From Klebsormidium nitens (lineage: Eukaryota > Plantae > Klebsormidiophyceae): DNA of 64,000 nt. Under the pieces are notes generated by a model, which saw only the letters and a program-made list of their open reading frames with translations, ran no database searches and was not told the origin of the DNA. Both the position numbers and the translations under genes were made by a program. Location of the stretch: the NCBI GenBank assembly GCA_000708835.1, contig DF237437.1:6679-70678 (forward strand), read 5' to 3'. Shown here in pieces: positions 38,968-51,641 of this stretch; position 1 is the stretch's first letter; the number at the start of each line of letters is the position of its first letter.

Positions 38968-41900
38968 TTACGTGCTCTGCCGACTCGCCCGTCGCACCGC
39001 GCCGCCCTTGCTCGGCGACCTGGCCCCTTGGTCCGGCCAGCTTAGTGGTCGCCCGTCGTCCCTCCGCTCCTCCCCCCCGTCTCGATGCCCCAATAGTTCC
39101 CTCAGCATCCGTTCGGCATCCACTTGCACGACCCCCTCCATCTCCTCATCCGACGCCGCCATCAGCTGCTCAAACGACAGCGCTTCGTACTCTTTCTTCT
39201 TCCGCTCCTTTTTACTTTTCGACTGTTTCAGCTCCTTCCGTTGCTCCCTCAGAACCGCCCCCCCGTCGCTGCTCCTCCTCGGTTCACCGGGCGCCCGTCT
39301 CGCCCCCGACCCGCCATCCAATTCGATTCTCGTCCCCGCACCCCCCAGGCTGACGCACCGCCGCCCGTTGCTGACGTCACCGTTCGTGGACACGTGGCCG
39401 TTGGCCGGCCGGTCTCGCCGCCCCTCTGAGAAAAAGTCGTCCAGTTCGCTCGACAATATGGAGGACGTCTGAGAGATGCGCCGCTCGGAACGGGCCCCGG
39501 TCACAGAGGCCTTGTCTTCCAGCCGCGCACCTGAATCAGAGCCGCAAATCATCACGCATAAGCAAGAAACAGGGCCTTTCCCCAGGCACAGATTGTTGGT
39601 AGCCAATGATCGTAAGAAAGTCGCTCGTCAGGAGGCAACACCTCAACACCTGTTCAGCGGCAACTGACCATGGTTCAGAATATGACTGGAAGCAGTCGTT
39701 GAGTATTGCGTCATTTTCTTTCATCGCTTTTTCTCTCTATGTAGACTTCCGTCGACCGAACGTGTCTCAGGGCCACTTTCTCAACACATGACCTGACAAG
39801 TCTCGATTAAGCAGACATTAAGTCTGCAGTTTGACCCACGTCACACCCCCAACGTAAGAGCCTACCTTACGTTAAAGCTTAGATGGAACTCGATATGCAC
39901 CGGATCGGCGCCAATAAGGTGCCCGGAAACCAAACTTGGCTTATCCTAGGGCTAAAGGGGCCGCATCCTCTCAAATCGGGGACAGGAGAACTGCACCGCA
40001 AAGAAGCTGAGCCTGGAGTTCGTTTAAAATCTAGGGACATAACCGAATTCAAGGGTTCAATATCTGGCCGTCCGGTTCGGAGGCTGCCCGACCGTTATGA
40101 GACGTGCAGAATCCAGATCGATAAATGTACTGTCGATCTGAGATTGATTGGCTGATGCCACCAGATTCCGACCGGCCCCAGCCTCAGCCCCTATCCGGTA
40201 CCCACTCACTGTGTATCCCACTTGATTGTCACATTCGGAAGTCCATTCTCCAACAAGCTGTCCTGAACGCAAAAGAATTTACTAAAAGATCCGAACCAGT
40301 GACTTACACCAGAAAATCATGATAGAGAGTGCTTTTGGGGACTCACTCGCGATGCGCTCCGCGACGCGTTCGCCCTGCACGATCGAGCGCAGGCGCGCGG
40401 CGGGCGTGTGCGCCTCCGCGCTGGAGCCGAGCGCGAGGCGCGACATGACGTATGACATCAGCTCCTGCTTGTTCTCAAACGTGAAGTCCAGGTGCGCGAA
40501 AGCGAACTCCTTGATCGACACCTGCGAAGAACGGATTTATCTACTTAAGCAGCTGTGTAGGGACGAAACGTGCGGTGTTGCCGCCATTGTCGGGAGGCCC
40601 AGGTGCGGAAAAAGAAGTCCTTGATTGAGCCCTGCCAAGACCGGAACGGCGTCGATGCGCAGCTGTGCTTCGGACGAGGACGCAGAATAGGAGGCGCTGC
40701 GGCGGGTGAAGTTTGTCGATGAACGTGAAGTCCAAGTGCGTGAACGCGCAAGTGCTTGATTGACGTTTGCGGCGAAGGAGGCGCCAGCCTTCGTTGACAG
40801 ATCGGCAACTGATCCGCAGTTGCCTCCCATTTACGGATTGTATATCATCGACTAACCAGTTCTTTGAGAAGTTTGTTGCCAAGTAACGAGGAGACGGCTG
40901 ATGGGGCGAAACATTTTTAAAGGGCTGTGACAAGAAGCTGTGAGATTGGATGACGGGCAGATGCGAGAAAAGAGTCGCAATATCAGTGTGCGGGTCAGTG
41001 CTTTCCAGGAAACTCTCTTCTCCAGCCTGGTGCACGCACTCAATGAAAGAAAGGATCACACGCGCCAGATTACATCTCATCTCAAGGAAACACCGGGAGA
41101 GAAAACAAGACCCTCCTTACAGGTGGTCATAAACCAAAGTAAGAAGATCAAAGCGAACACGCGCGCACCTCGACGCCGTTGCGGCGCATGTTGTTGTAGT
41201 GCTTGTAAATCATCTCCGCCGGGATGAGCCCGTCCTTGGTCCCCACCACCAGATCCACCGGGATGTCAATCAGGTTGTAGTGCGCGCCGATGTTGAGCGG
41301 CGCTGCCGTACCGTACCGCCGCAGGTTTTTAGCACGCCCGTAGTCGAACAGCTGGAACCGCTTATACTGCACGTTGGGGGAAACATCAGGTCAGAGTGCA
41401 AGAGAAGGATACCTTCCGGTGACGGGTAAACGACCTCCCGTTTGCGAAAGCACGGGAAAAAGATGTTGAGCGGCAAGACTGTGTCGTATGTCTGCAGAGT
41501 CTTGGGACGCCCGTAGTCGAATAGCTGGAACCGCTTGTACTGCAACGGCCTAAGGAAAGTCGTTGACCAGGAGCAGAAGAGACGATGAGAGGAATAGACT
41601 TCGTTAAAAAAATGCCAGGGTGAGAAGGATTCACCAAACACTCAAAAATGTCGTCTCAACATGCATAGAAGGTGTCCGCTGCGAAATGTTGGTGCGATTG
41701 CAATCGGCCAGCACAAAACCAGGACCCTTTTCAAAGGCATCAATCAGAGTAAAATACTTCTCCCAGAATTTTTGACACAATTGTCCGCGCTCACCCGTTT
41801 GCACTGGCGCAGGTGACTCGCGAGGTATGACTGCACTAAGTCCTTGTTACGGAAGCAACATTCGACTCCCCTTCAGGGGAGTTGAGAATTCGAGATTCTC

Positions 41901-44900
41901 AATCCTTCCCTCCGCATTCATCAGGTCGGCTTGTCTGCGCTCACCCATTTGCACTGGCGCAGATGGCTGGCGACCATGAAGGCAATGCCGGGCATGTTCT
42001 GGGCGCTGTAGTGAGGCAGCTCCAGCGCGTCAATCCAATTGCTGTCGTCGCCCCCCAGGATGAACGTCCGGATCAGAACCTGCAGACACTTAGGCACACC
42101 GTTGAATGAGCCCGTGGCGGTGTGCGAATTGTCAAGTTGACCAAGCACCATTTACTGCACTTTTTCAAGCTAATTTCCTATATGCAGGATGAACGTCCAG
42201 ATCAGAACCTGCGGGCGACGCACACCGCTGGATGAGCCACGAGGCGCTGAGTAGACGATTGGTGTAAACGAGCGCCGCTTATTACGTTCTGTCGATTGCC
42301 AACCTGCCTTGTTACCTTTTATTCGGGGACCATCCGTGAAGATGAGGGCTTGCAAAACGAGGGACGTACTGCCAGGCCAGGTGCGAAAGGAATACGTTAC
42401 AAAGTTGACGTGAAAGGACAACAAAATATCAAATGTCCAACTCTTGAACAATACAGTCAACACGATGAAGCGCGCGACCAAATCAAAAGAAAGCGGCCTT
42501 CACAAGAGTTGCCACCGCGGACCAAGGTTTCCGAGACCAGGGAAATGGCTGCTCGTCCATCAAGATCTAAAAGCACTCAGGATAGTGACGCAGCACTCTG
42601 AACTCGAAGTCCAACCTGCAAACGGTGGATTATCAGAACGAGGACATCAAACGCGACTTTGGCAGAGGCATTGAGGAGGACCCCAAAACAGCGTCTGATC
42701 CGACCATATCTGACTCACTTTGAGCTGGATGCTCAAGTGCTTGGAAATCGTCATGGCCGCTCTGTGGTGTCTCTCAAAGCCGTTGCGGTCTTGCAGATCG
42801 CACACTGAAGAGGCGAGTATAAGGGCACGGCCAACTGGTGAAAGGGGGGCGGAATGTCCAGGGGGGCTTATTGGCGTGAAAAGTGGCGATACCGTCTACA
42901 GGCATCGAAGCTGGCGGGACAGCTTTGTCAAGACTTGCGGACAGAAGTGAAATTATGTAGAACCACCTGCTGTCTCCAAAACGAAAGGGGTGTTGTTGCA
43001 TCGTGCATGCCATCAGATCGCCGCAATCGAGGTCACTCCAGAAAATCTTTCTCCATACGCTTCTCTTTGCTAAAACGCGTGTGTTGAGGACTGGCGGCGT
43101 CGTCATATCCGAGCAATCGAACCAAGAGCTCGATCTGCACTACTATCATTGCCGCGCTCCTCTCTCCGAGTAGACGTGCAGCGATTTTGAGAGAGCTTTC
43201 GGAAAGCAAGGCAATAAAGGAAGAGAAGGAAAAGCACATATAGCAAGGGTCGCGTGGCTCAGATTCGAACATACGAGAATTGGGATAAAACGAGGTTGGC
43301 AAAGGAAAAACTTCTCAACCAGACACAAAGGTACACGCCCTTGGTTGCTACCACAGCGTTGGCCAGAAAGGAGTGGCAGCGCAAATCCAAACCTTGCTGT
43401 ACGGCTGAACATTCAATATGGAAGGCGGGCAGAACTTTAGTACATGGCAACTGTGCTTTACAAACCAAAACAGGAACGAGTTGAGCTTCTGAAAGAAAGC
43501 TTTGACGAAAGGTGGTACGATGTAGAGAACTCGCCGGAAGTGCGTTGCCAGGCTAAATTCGAACTCCGACAGAGTATCTTGTGCAGGATTGACCAACCGC
43601 AGGAAGCTTCGGGTACACCACTCGGTTTTTTGAGGGCTCATTTCACGATATGCAGGAACTTGTGAAGATCATCAAGAGCCTAAGCAACCTAGAAACAGGT
43701 CGTTGTTGTCAACTGGAGACTTTCCCTCTTCCAGAGTGTGCATCCGATAAGGATAGCCACAAACGGGTACCGGCGCAAGCACCGGGGAACCGCTCAGGAT
43801 GCAACTGTTCACTCTCTACTGCCGTGTTGGTTGCACTATCTAATATACCCTAATGCGGTTCGAAATTTCCCAGGGCGCACACTTTTAATTGCGACGGTAA
43901 GGGAGGGCAGTTACGTGAGATTGGCCACAGAAAGGAAGGCTCCAGACGCAATCCAGCAGTCCAGTGCACTAAGGTGAAGCCCAATACAATAGGCCGAAAA
44001 CCCCGAGGCGCTACAATCAGCAGAAGCTGGCTATAACGCGTTTGCAAACTGCTACGATAGGCAGAAGCAAGTTTTACTATGATTACGCAACTGCCGATTC
44101 ACAATCGGCAGCATTGTCAAAGACCCGGGGACCAGATTGTGGTGCCAGCTGATGACGTAATTGGCAAATCTTTCCCGTACAAATTTCGCCTCCCACGGGG
44201 CTTCAAGATGCAGCTAGGTGACTGAGCAGAAAGCTCGTACCTCGAAAGTCCTCTTTGCCCCGCTTCGCAGGTCGCTTGCAGGTCGCAAGCTACTGCGACT
44301 GCTCCCAGAAGAATTGCGGCAATATTGACCTCACCACCTCGACCAACTGAATTGGTAAGATACAAGACTCATCGGCACGGAGTGCAAGTGGAGTTGGTGG
44401 CAGAGATAGCTTAGAAACGGTCAACAAGTGCCAAGGGTGTGCGCCAATCAGGGCGTGAAGAGCACCCCCAAAGTCGATGGAAGCGGCCCCCCCCTGCGTG
44501 CATAACTGCTTTGGAGCGGTACAGAAAGACATTCAGGCAAACCCAGCTTGGAGCAAAAAGTTGGTGAAACTCGACGGTGTAAGACAAGGAGAGACAATCG
44601 GATCTCGATCGGCAGCTTCGCGATGGAATAACCTCTTGAAACCAGTTGAATAACCATGGAGTTCGGCTCCTCCGACCGAAGAACACTCAGGGGCTCAGAG
44701 GTTCGCAAAGCCACAATGGCTTGAGAGGCCCAAAGCTCGAAATATCATTGCTACAAGCAACAACCGGTCTCAAAACCAAGAGTTGGCAACCAGGGCAAGC
44801 GGCAGGCGGAAAATAGGAGAGCACCAACTTCTCGCTGTGAACACTTTGCCCAGGGCTGATATGATGAGCGAAAGTCAAGTTTTAAGAGCACTGCTTCCAG

Positions 44901-47900
44901 ATTCTGGCTGCTGCTGCACGGCCTCAGAGTGACACGGATATTGAGCAACATGCTCACGTTCAAGCTCGTCAATGCCACATCTGTACACGAAAACCTTCCT
45001 ACGAGCATGCAAGCCTTCATCCTTCTTAGGTGAGAATCTCGTACCTTGTGGGTGCACCAAATAGTTTAAATTCTCAAATGGTTAATGATGCGCGCACAAG
45101 GCTGATGCTCCGGTGTTGCGAAGGCGTGGCAGTGGACACTGTAATATCTCGAGGAATAAACAATAAAAGGGAGGCAATAACCAGGTAGCATGATTCGGGG
45201 AAGCACAAATTTGGCCGTTGGAGTAAAGCGTGTGAACCGGTAAAGTATCTTGAGGACACAACTCGTCTAAAAGCGCCAGAAGCGAATTGCTGAAATCGGA
45301 AAAGCTTCAGCGAGTCCAAGGAGAAACTGTCAAGAAAGCTGGCGGTACAACATCAGACAGCCTGCGCGTTCACTAATGAATATTGAATAGAAGATAGGCG
45401 GTCAAAGGCAAAGCGGCAAAATCCATTTCACTGTACCCGCGTCAAAAGAAATTTTTCTTCTAGAGGCAAACGCCTCTCAAGAAAACGAGCTTCAAAACCT
45501 TCGATATGGCTGCAGTCTAAGAACCTTCCGGTAGGGAAAGGGAAAGGCAAACCCGTCTTCGAAGGGCTTCTCTACAGAACTGGCAGGAAACCATATACCA
45601 ACACAACAGAAGTAGCGTCCTCGCTTGAAGAGAACGGGCAGTCACTCTTGGGTACAAGGAAGCAACAGCATTTGATCTACGAAGACTACGATTCGGGGTA
45701 AGCGAAGCATGGCAACGCGGCGTCACTCCAATCTTCATGGGCATTTTGTAAGCCCAAATTAGAAGGGCATCCTCGCCGGTTGCTTCAGGAAGAGCAAAAC
45801 TGTTTTGATAAGTGTGTAAACCGACTTTCACTGGGTCTGTCTCGACCTGCCGTCAACAGAGGCCGGCCAAGGCAAGAAATCTCAAGCAGAAAGCCCATAG
45901 CCTCAAACTCAGAACATTGCACGAGATGCGTTGCATGGAATTGCTGATAGAGTCAGCAAGCTTTGCACATGAAGCGGTAGAAAGGGAAGTTCACCTCGTA
46001 ACGAACCATAGCCGTTAGTTACCCATGTCGTTATCCATGTTCTCATCTTGAAACAAGGACTTGCCAAAGAAGCAACGATAACGGCGATGAGGGAAGTAAC
46101 AAGCGTCGTCAGTAGTTAATGCACTTCAGAAGCAAAACTCCCCGTTTCCTGTTCGAGAGTGACCGTGTGGCTTCAGACCGTAGCACTTCACCAATTGAGC
46201 TTCATCTCATGGTCAAATTCGTCATAGCCGCTTGTCTTCTCCATTGCAAGTATTAGCGATTCTGGCGGCCAGTTGGCGAGTGGACCCTTCAAGGAAGGGG
46301 ACTAGATTTGTGCAGCAGCTTTTTCTGCTTTTAAGTGACCCACCCAACTTTTTCTGCTTTCTAGTGGACCATCCAGATAAAAAGACAGCAACAATACCCG
46401 AACCGAGGAGATTGCAGGTCTGTGCAAGCTAAACAGACCGCGCACGACTGAGTGAGCGGGACAACTCATGTTGCAGCCCTTCTTCCGAACTCTATGCATT
46501 TTCAACAAGACCAAATCTTGCAAGCTAAGACCGGAACCAACAAGAGCAGCGGCTCACCTGCGCAAGGGCGCGCAGCGCGGGCAGCGACTGGAAGTCTTGG
46601 ACGAGCTTGCCAAAGACGTGGCGCAGCAAGCGCGTGGGGATGTAGAAGCCGGGGCAGAAGCGCATCATGAAGGGGGTGACCGCAGGGGCGAACCACTGAA
46701 GGATGTCGAGCAGGAACGGCGTCTTCTCGTGGTAGCCCGCGGGGGAGAGCAGAATCAAGCGGGCCAGCCTGTGCAAGACGAGGCAAAGCGTTACTGATTG
46801 TGATCGAAAGTCTGAAAAACGGACCAGATCGTTCGAAGCGACCCAGACTTGCAATGCTGACCACAAGGGGCCGTGGCTCGAAAGGACCATGGAGATGCAC
46901 TGAGGGCTTTCGATAGACCTGGCCGCTGGAAACAACTTGGACTTATGCTAGATTTGACTGGGCCAAGACGTCGACTGGTCATGGGAGGACCGCTAAAAGG
47001 CCTGCGGCCGAAAGGCGGCAGGGTTCGACCAGGTACGCGAAGTTTGTTAAAAGGGGGAGCAAAATCACACCCTGCAAGCTCAGACTACTATCCATCGTCT
47101 GTCCTGTTGATGGAGACAACGAATAACATGGCTTGCCTTGCAGTCGTGAAGAATCGGCTTGAAAGCAGCAATGCTGCCAGAGCATTCCTGCTTTCATAAG
47201 ATGACGAAAACAATCGGTCGACACTCGTTTCTTAGCAGGTGCAAAGTGGGTGGCAACTGAAAAAAGAACGCCCTCCCATCTGCTTTGGAGTGCCCGTTTG
47301 AAATCCAAAACATTGAACCAATACGTCAGTTGAAAACCTTAAAAATTTCGTGTTCATCGAGAATGTTTTCGCAGGCTCACCGGTGGGGCTTCCCTTCAAT
47401 CCGCCTGAGGATGACGTAGACGATGAGCGCCATTCCGCCCAGGCTGTGGGCGATTCCGGACAGCGTGTACGGCGGAATCTCCTCCTCGATGTCCGAAAAC
47501 GCGCCGTCGTCCGCATCCGCGTACGACGAAACCCGGGACGGGTCCCGCGTGTGCCGCCCGTTCGCTTCCGCTTCGCTCTCGGCCCCTCTTCCGGATTTCC
47601 CGGGCAGGGCGGGGTGAAGGTCGAGCGACGACCGTCTAGAGCCCCCCGGTGAAGAAAGCACGTCTTTTCGAGAACCCTCGGAAGCCGCGTCGGGAATCAA
47701 GTGATCAGGGATTGGGTGAGGTTGCGTTTGAAGAGCAGCATCTTCTTCACCGAAGGAAACGTTGATGCCGTGGAGCGAGTGCGGGCTGGGTTCGGGAAGG
47801 TCTTCTAGAGCGTTTGGAGTGGAGGGCTGAGTTGTGGCGGAGTGGTAACTAGAGCGGGGGGAGATGGGGGGCAGTTCTGCGGTCTTGACGTCGTCGATGC

Positions 47901-50900
47901 GCTGGATCATGCCGCCCACGTCGTACTGGCTGTGCTCCAGGACAGTGTAGTCCCAGTAACTGCGAGGGTCAGGGAAGCGGGTTAGCAGGCATATAATGAT
48001 CAACAAGAACCCGGAGTTTTGAGTATGTTGCAGGACTGGACTACCGACTGCAAGTGTTGAGACAGAGTCTTGCAGATGCTTCGAGAGACGACGTCTGACG
48101 ACGTCAGCAGGCAGGAAGAGACACCGACAACAAGCAGGGAACAGAAGGCTTTCCTTCTTCAGATCAAACAATCAGAAACCCAAAGAAGCAAACAGACAAC
48201 AAACTGAAGGACTTACTCGCGTTTCGAGATGTTTGGATTGACGTGCTCTCGTGACGTGTAGCCGCGGAAGTTGCCCAGCCAGACGTCGTACCCTGCCCCA
48301 CAAAAGTCCACGACAAACGTTACGATACGAGGACCGAAATACACGTGCAAGCTGAGCATATCATTGTGCCACCATCCTAAGCATCTCGCTTCTGAAGCAG
48401 GGCCACAAGGCGAAGATTTGCAACAAACCCATGTACGTCGCAACAAACACATGAAAAGAAGGTCAGCGAGGGCAGCCCCTCAAGCAGTGCAGCTAAGGGG
48501 TATATCCTTACCGCAAAAAGGAGATTGATCACTATTGTCGTCTCGAGCTAGCAAAATCTTTCCTGAAACGGTCGTGAAACTGCCCACCTTGGTCGTACGC
48601 TGCAAACGCCTGCGAGCCCACCACCCCGTTGGCCACCCAGCCGAGCGAGCTGTCCAGTAGGCCGTGCTGCAGAATCACCGCCCGCCGAGACTCCTTCCTG
48701 CACCGTCGAACGGCACGGATCCCCTTGTCAGCTCGGTTGTGAGTAGGGAAGTCCTACGACAGAAATCCTACAACGATCGGCACGATTGACAACACGGTAA
48801 TCAACGCAACCTACCAGAAGCAGCAAGACGATCGACTTCTATCAGTACCCCAATCAAGAATCATCTAACTGCGAAATTTTTAAGCCCTGAGAGAAGAGAC
48901 TTGTTTTCCCACAAGTGAACCTATCTGAAGCATTGACACCAGCTCTGCTTCGCCGCTTTTGCCAAGCCCCGCCCGAAAGAAAACCCATGACATGACGTCT
49001 ACATTTATACTCTTCCCCGAAGCCATTCCGCAGTTCCCCAAGGTATAATCGACCCAGGAGTGGCCCCTTCCCACAAACCGTACCTGGGTATCCGCTCCAG
49101 CCGTAGGATGTACCCATCCTCCGTGACCACCCGGTGCGCCTCGTACGGATACCCGGCGTCCGTGATGATCTGCTCCACCGTCGTGACCTTATGCTCTTCC
49201 TCGCGCGCAGTTTGCGACGCGCTCTGCGTGCGGCCCAGCCCCTGTATCCGCCAAAAGATGAAGCGCAGCCCTTCGGAAGGGGAGAGAACGTAGTATGTGG
49301 CGCCCCGTACCAGCTCGAAGCCCCAGTCGATGGCGCGTTCTAGTTGGAATTGTAGCTCCTATAGGTGAAAGTAAGTGTGAGTTTTGGGCGAAGCTGGATA
49401 GTAAAAGGGAAGAGAAAGCAAGACACTTTGGAACTCAGAAAATGGTATGAGAGGAGGTCGATGCGAGAAAGCTGACGGGCAGCGATGAGACTGTAGACGT
49501 GTAGCTTACGTCTAGGATGTGAAGAGCCTGACAAGTGTTCGAAAAGTTCTGTCAATCAAGTTGCCACGGAAGGTTGCCCAAAATGGTGAAGCGCAACCTG
49601 TGCCTCAACACGTTCAACTAGCTCACGCGACGCAGTTTCATCGAAGGGCAATGGCTTGCGCACAGAACACAGTTGTGCAATGAATAGAGGCCGAGTATCA
49701 GGGGACAGGATGATAGGAGATAAGCAAGCGAAGCTCCAGGCACTTCCTTTTCAGGAACGGCAGAATGACCTGTAACATGAGTCCGCAAACTTGAAACACC
49801 GGCCCTAGGTGCGGTGAACACATAACTATGAAGACCGCTTCTTCTTAGCCCCCTTTTATGTGCGTCCTCTTCAAAGATAGTGAACGCCTCCGTACACAAC
49901 GCCCCTATGCACTTCGTTTGTTTGGCATAACTAACTTATCTGACCAAGGGTGATAACCGGACCTTCTGGAACTTTGAATTTCACGCAACTTTAGACCCGC
50001 ATTTCACCTCCCATTTCCAGAATGCTCATGAGAACACCGCCGAAGCTGTCATAATCTGTGCAATCCCAGGAATCTCATGCACACACTTTTGAAGCATTCA
50101 CCACTTGCCTTAAATCACGCCCCGAAACTCACCTCCAGGAGCCCCTTCTGCGCCGATCGGTTCCGCTCACTGAACGGGAATGCCGAATGCCACACATCGC
50201 TCATTCGCCGCGACAAACTGTTCTCACTCCCGCTCTTGGGCAAACTGCCCCCAGCTGCGGAGTTCCTCCTACTTGGATGCGTTGACCCCTGCTCTGATGC
50301 TATCGGAGACAGCGGATTCGAGTGTCCGTTCTCTCGACGGGAATGTGGGCTTCGCCCAAACATTCCCGAAATGAATCGGCGGGATCGGCGGAAGAGTCCG
50401 TTGCGGGAGTGATGGTGGGAAAAGAAGGAGGCGGTGCTGTCATCGTCCGAACCCGACTCGGATCCGGATTCGGACAGGAGGTTTTGGTCAGAGTGGGTGA
50501 ACTCGCTGACCATGCGATTGAAGTCGGAAACCCCGCTGCAGGAAAGGAATGGGATGTCACGATGTGGATACCAACTGCTGTTGCAAATGTGAGGCAAGGG
50601 ATCTGCAGAATGAATCACAGCTGGTTGCTGATTCTTCAGTACCTCAAATAAACCACTTGGGGGTCTAAAAGAACGCCACAGCGGAGCCTGCCGTTCTGCA
50701 CTTCCTGACTAACTCCTTCCCTCTACTTCTGATCCTTATTCCACGACACCAGCCCACATGAAAATGTTGACTTCTCCTGAAAACTCCAGCCAACTTTGGT
50801 CCCCTGCTTGCTCACATGTCTGGACTCAGTACCCAGCGTGAGATCAACATCTGTCTTTCCAACAGAGTCAAACTAGCTTCGGAGGCTAATCTCACGTTTC

Positions 50901-51641
50901 CATCCATCTGGGCATGGTGGGATGCGTGAAGCTGCTCCATGTGGAGCCGTCCCCCGCCCCCGGGATGATGCTTACGACCACCGCAGACACGCCGTTGATC
51001 CACTTGATCGTGTTGTTGAACGCCTCACGCGACACCGTCTTCAAAGCCCTGGAGCCCAAAAGAAGGTCAAACTCAGGGGCGACATTTGAAGCCGCAACCG
51101 GGACTGCCCAGCTACATTAAAACCTTCCGTTCATCAAAAAACTCAACTGCTGCAGATGAGATTGAGAGGGCGTGTATCAGGACTTGCAATTGCACAAGAG
51201 CGGACAAAGGCTACGGGTACTCGTTCCAAGGGAGCAGCCTGATAGCACAAAGTAAAGTGGCAGTGCTGCTGTACGTCAATGTTATCCATATTCTGATTAT
51301 CACGATATTATCAATCAACTTAAGTTGCGGAACTTTCGTAAGCCACAGAACACCAGAGCAGTTACTGGCTAGCGTCGAACGATTCGCAAGGTGCACTTGA
51401 ACCCTGACGTTCAGAGCCTAGCGATCCATACTCAGAGTATGACATTAATCAACAGTGAGATACTTCTGTTAGTATTACTTCCAATCAGCTGATAATCATT
51501 TTGGGGCCCCTTTTCTTAGATGAAAACTTTTAGCATTTTGGAAAAAAGCCATGCAAGTACGCAAACAGTGGATATAGGGAAGCGGCGCAATGACACTCAC
51601 TCTTTTGCATTCCCCAGAATGGTATCCACGATGGCCTGCAT
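38968..51641 (-). CDS. AB-hydrolase triacylglycerol lipase-like protein (plant family with long N-terminal extension), >=12 exons
   Basis: Start MQAIVDTILGNAKE (51641-51601), then LKTVSREAFNNTIKWINGVS..PRWME (51047-50895), IITDAGYPYEAHRVVTEDGYILRLERIPR (49339-49083), VILQHGLLDSSLGWVANG (48697-48590), GYDVWLGNFRG, nucleophile AHSLGG (~47430), LILLSPAG, FQLFDYG, IPVDLVVGTKDGLI (acid) and FAHLDFTF (catalytic His, ~40490). The join to the last exon (~39473-38968) and one exon near 49.5-50 kb are unresolved. Confidence 0.88.
42770..44720 (-). pseudogene. Possible highly decayed non-LTR retrotransposon reverse transcriptase relic in the large lipase intron
   Basis: Broken minus-strand frames give RT-like fragments in the expected order: AGQRGLSRYEL, PRGFRPIVLGFTLVHWTAG (cf. 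GGxRPIAVGE), PSQLKVCALG (cf. PxQxGVG), PAQDTLSEFEFSLATH (cf. QGDPLxxxLFxLA), ILNVQPYSKVW and QQHPFRFGDS (cf. Q.xLPxRxGGLG). No clear YxDD was found. Pattern recognition only. Confidence 0.35.

Noticed and set aside
38906-39472. 188-aa Ser-rich plus-strand ORF
   Set aside because: It is the antisense of the charged last exon assigned to the lipase.
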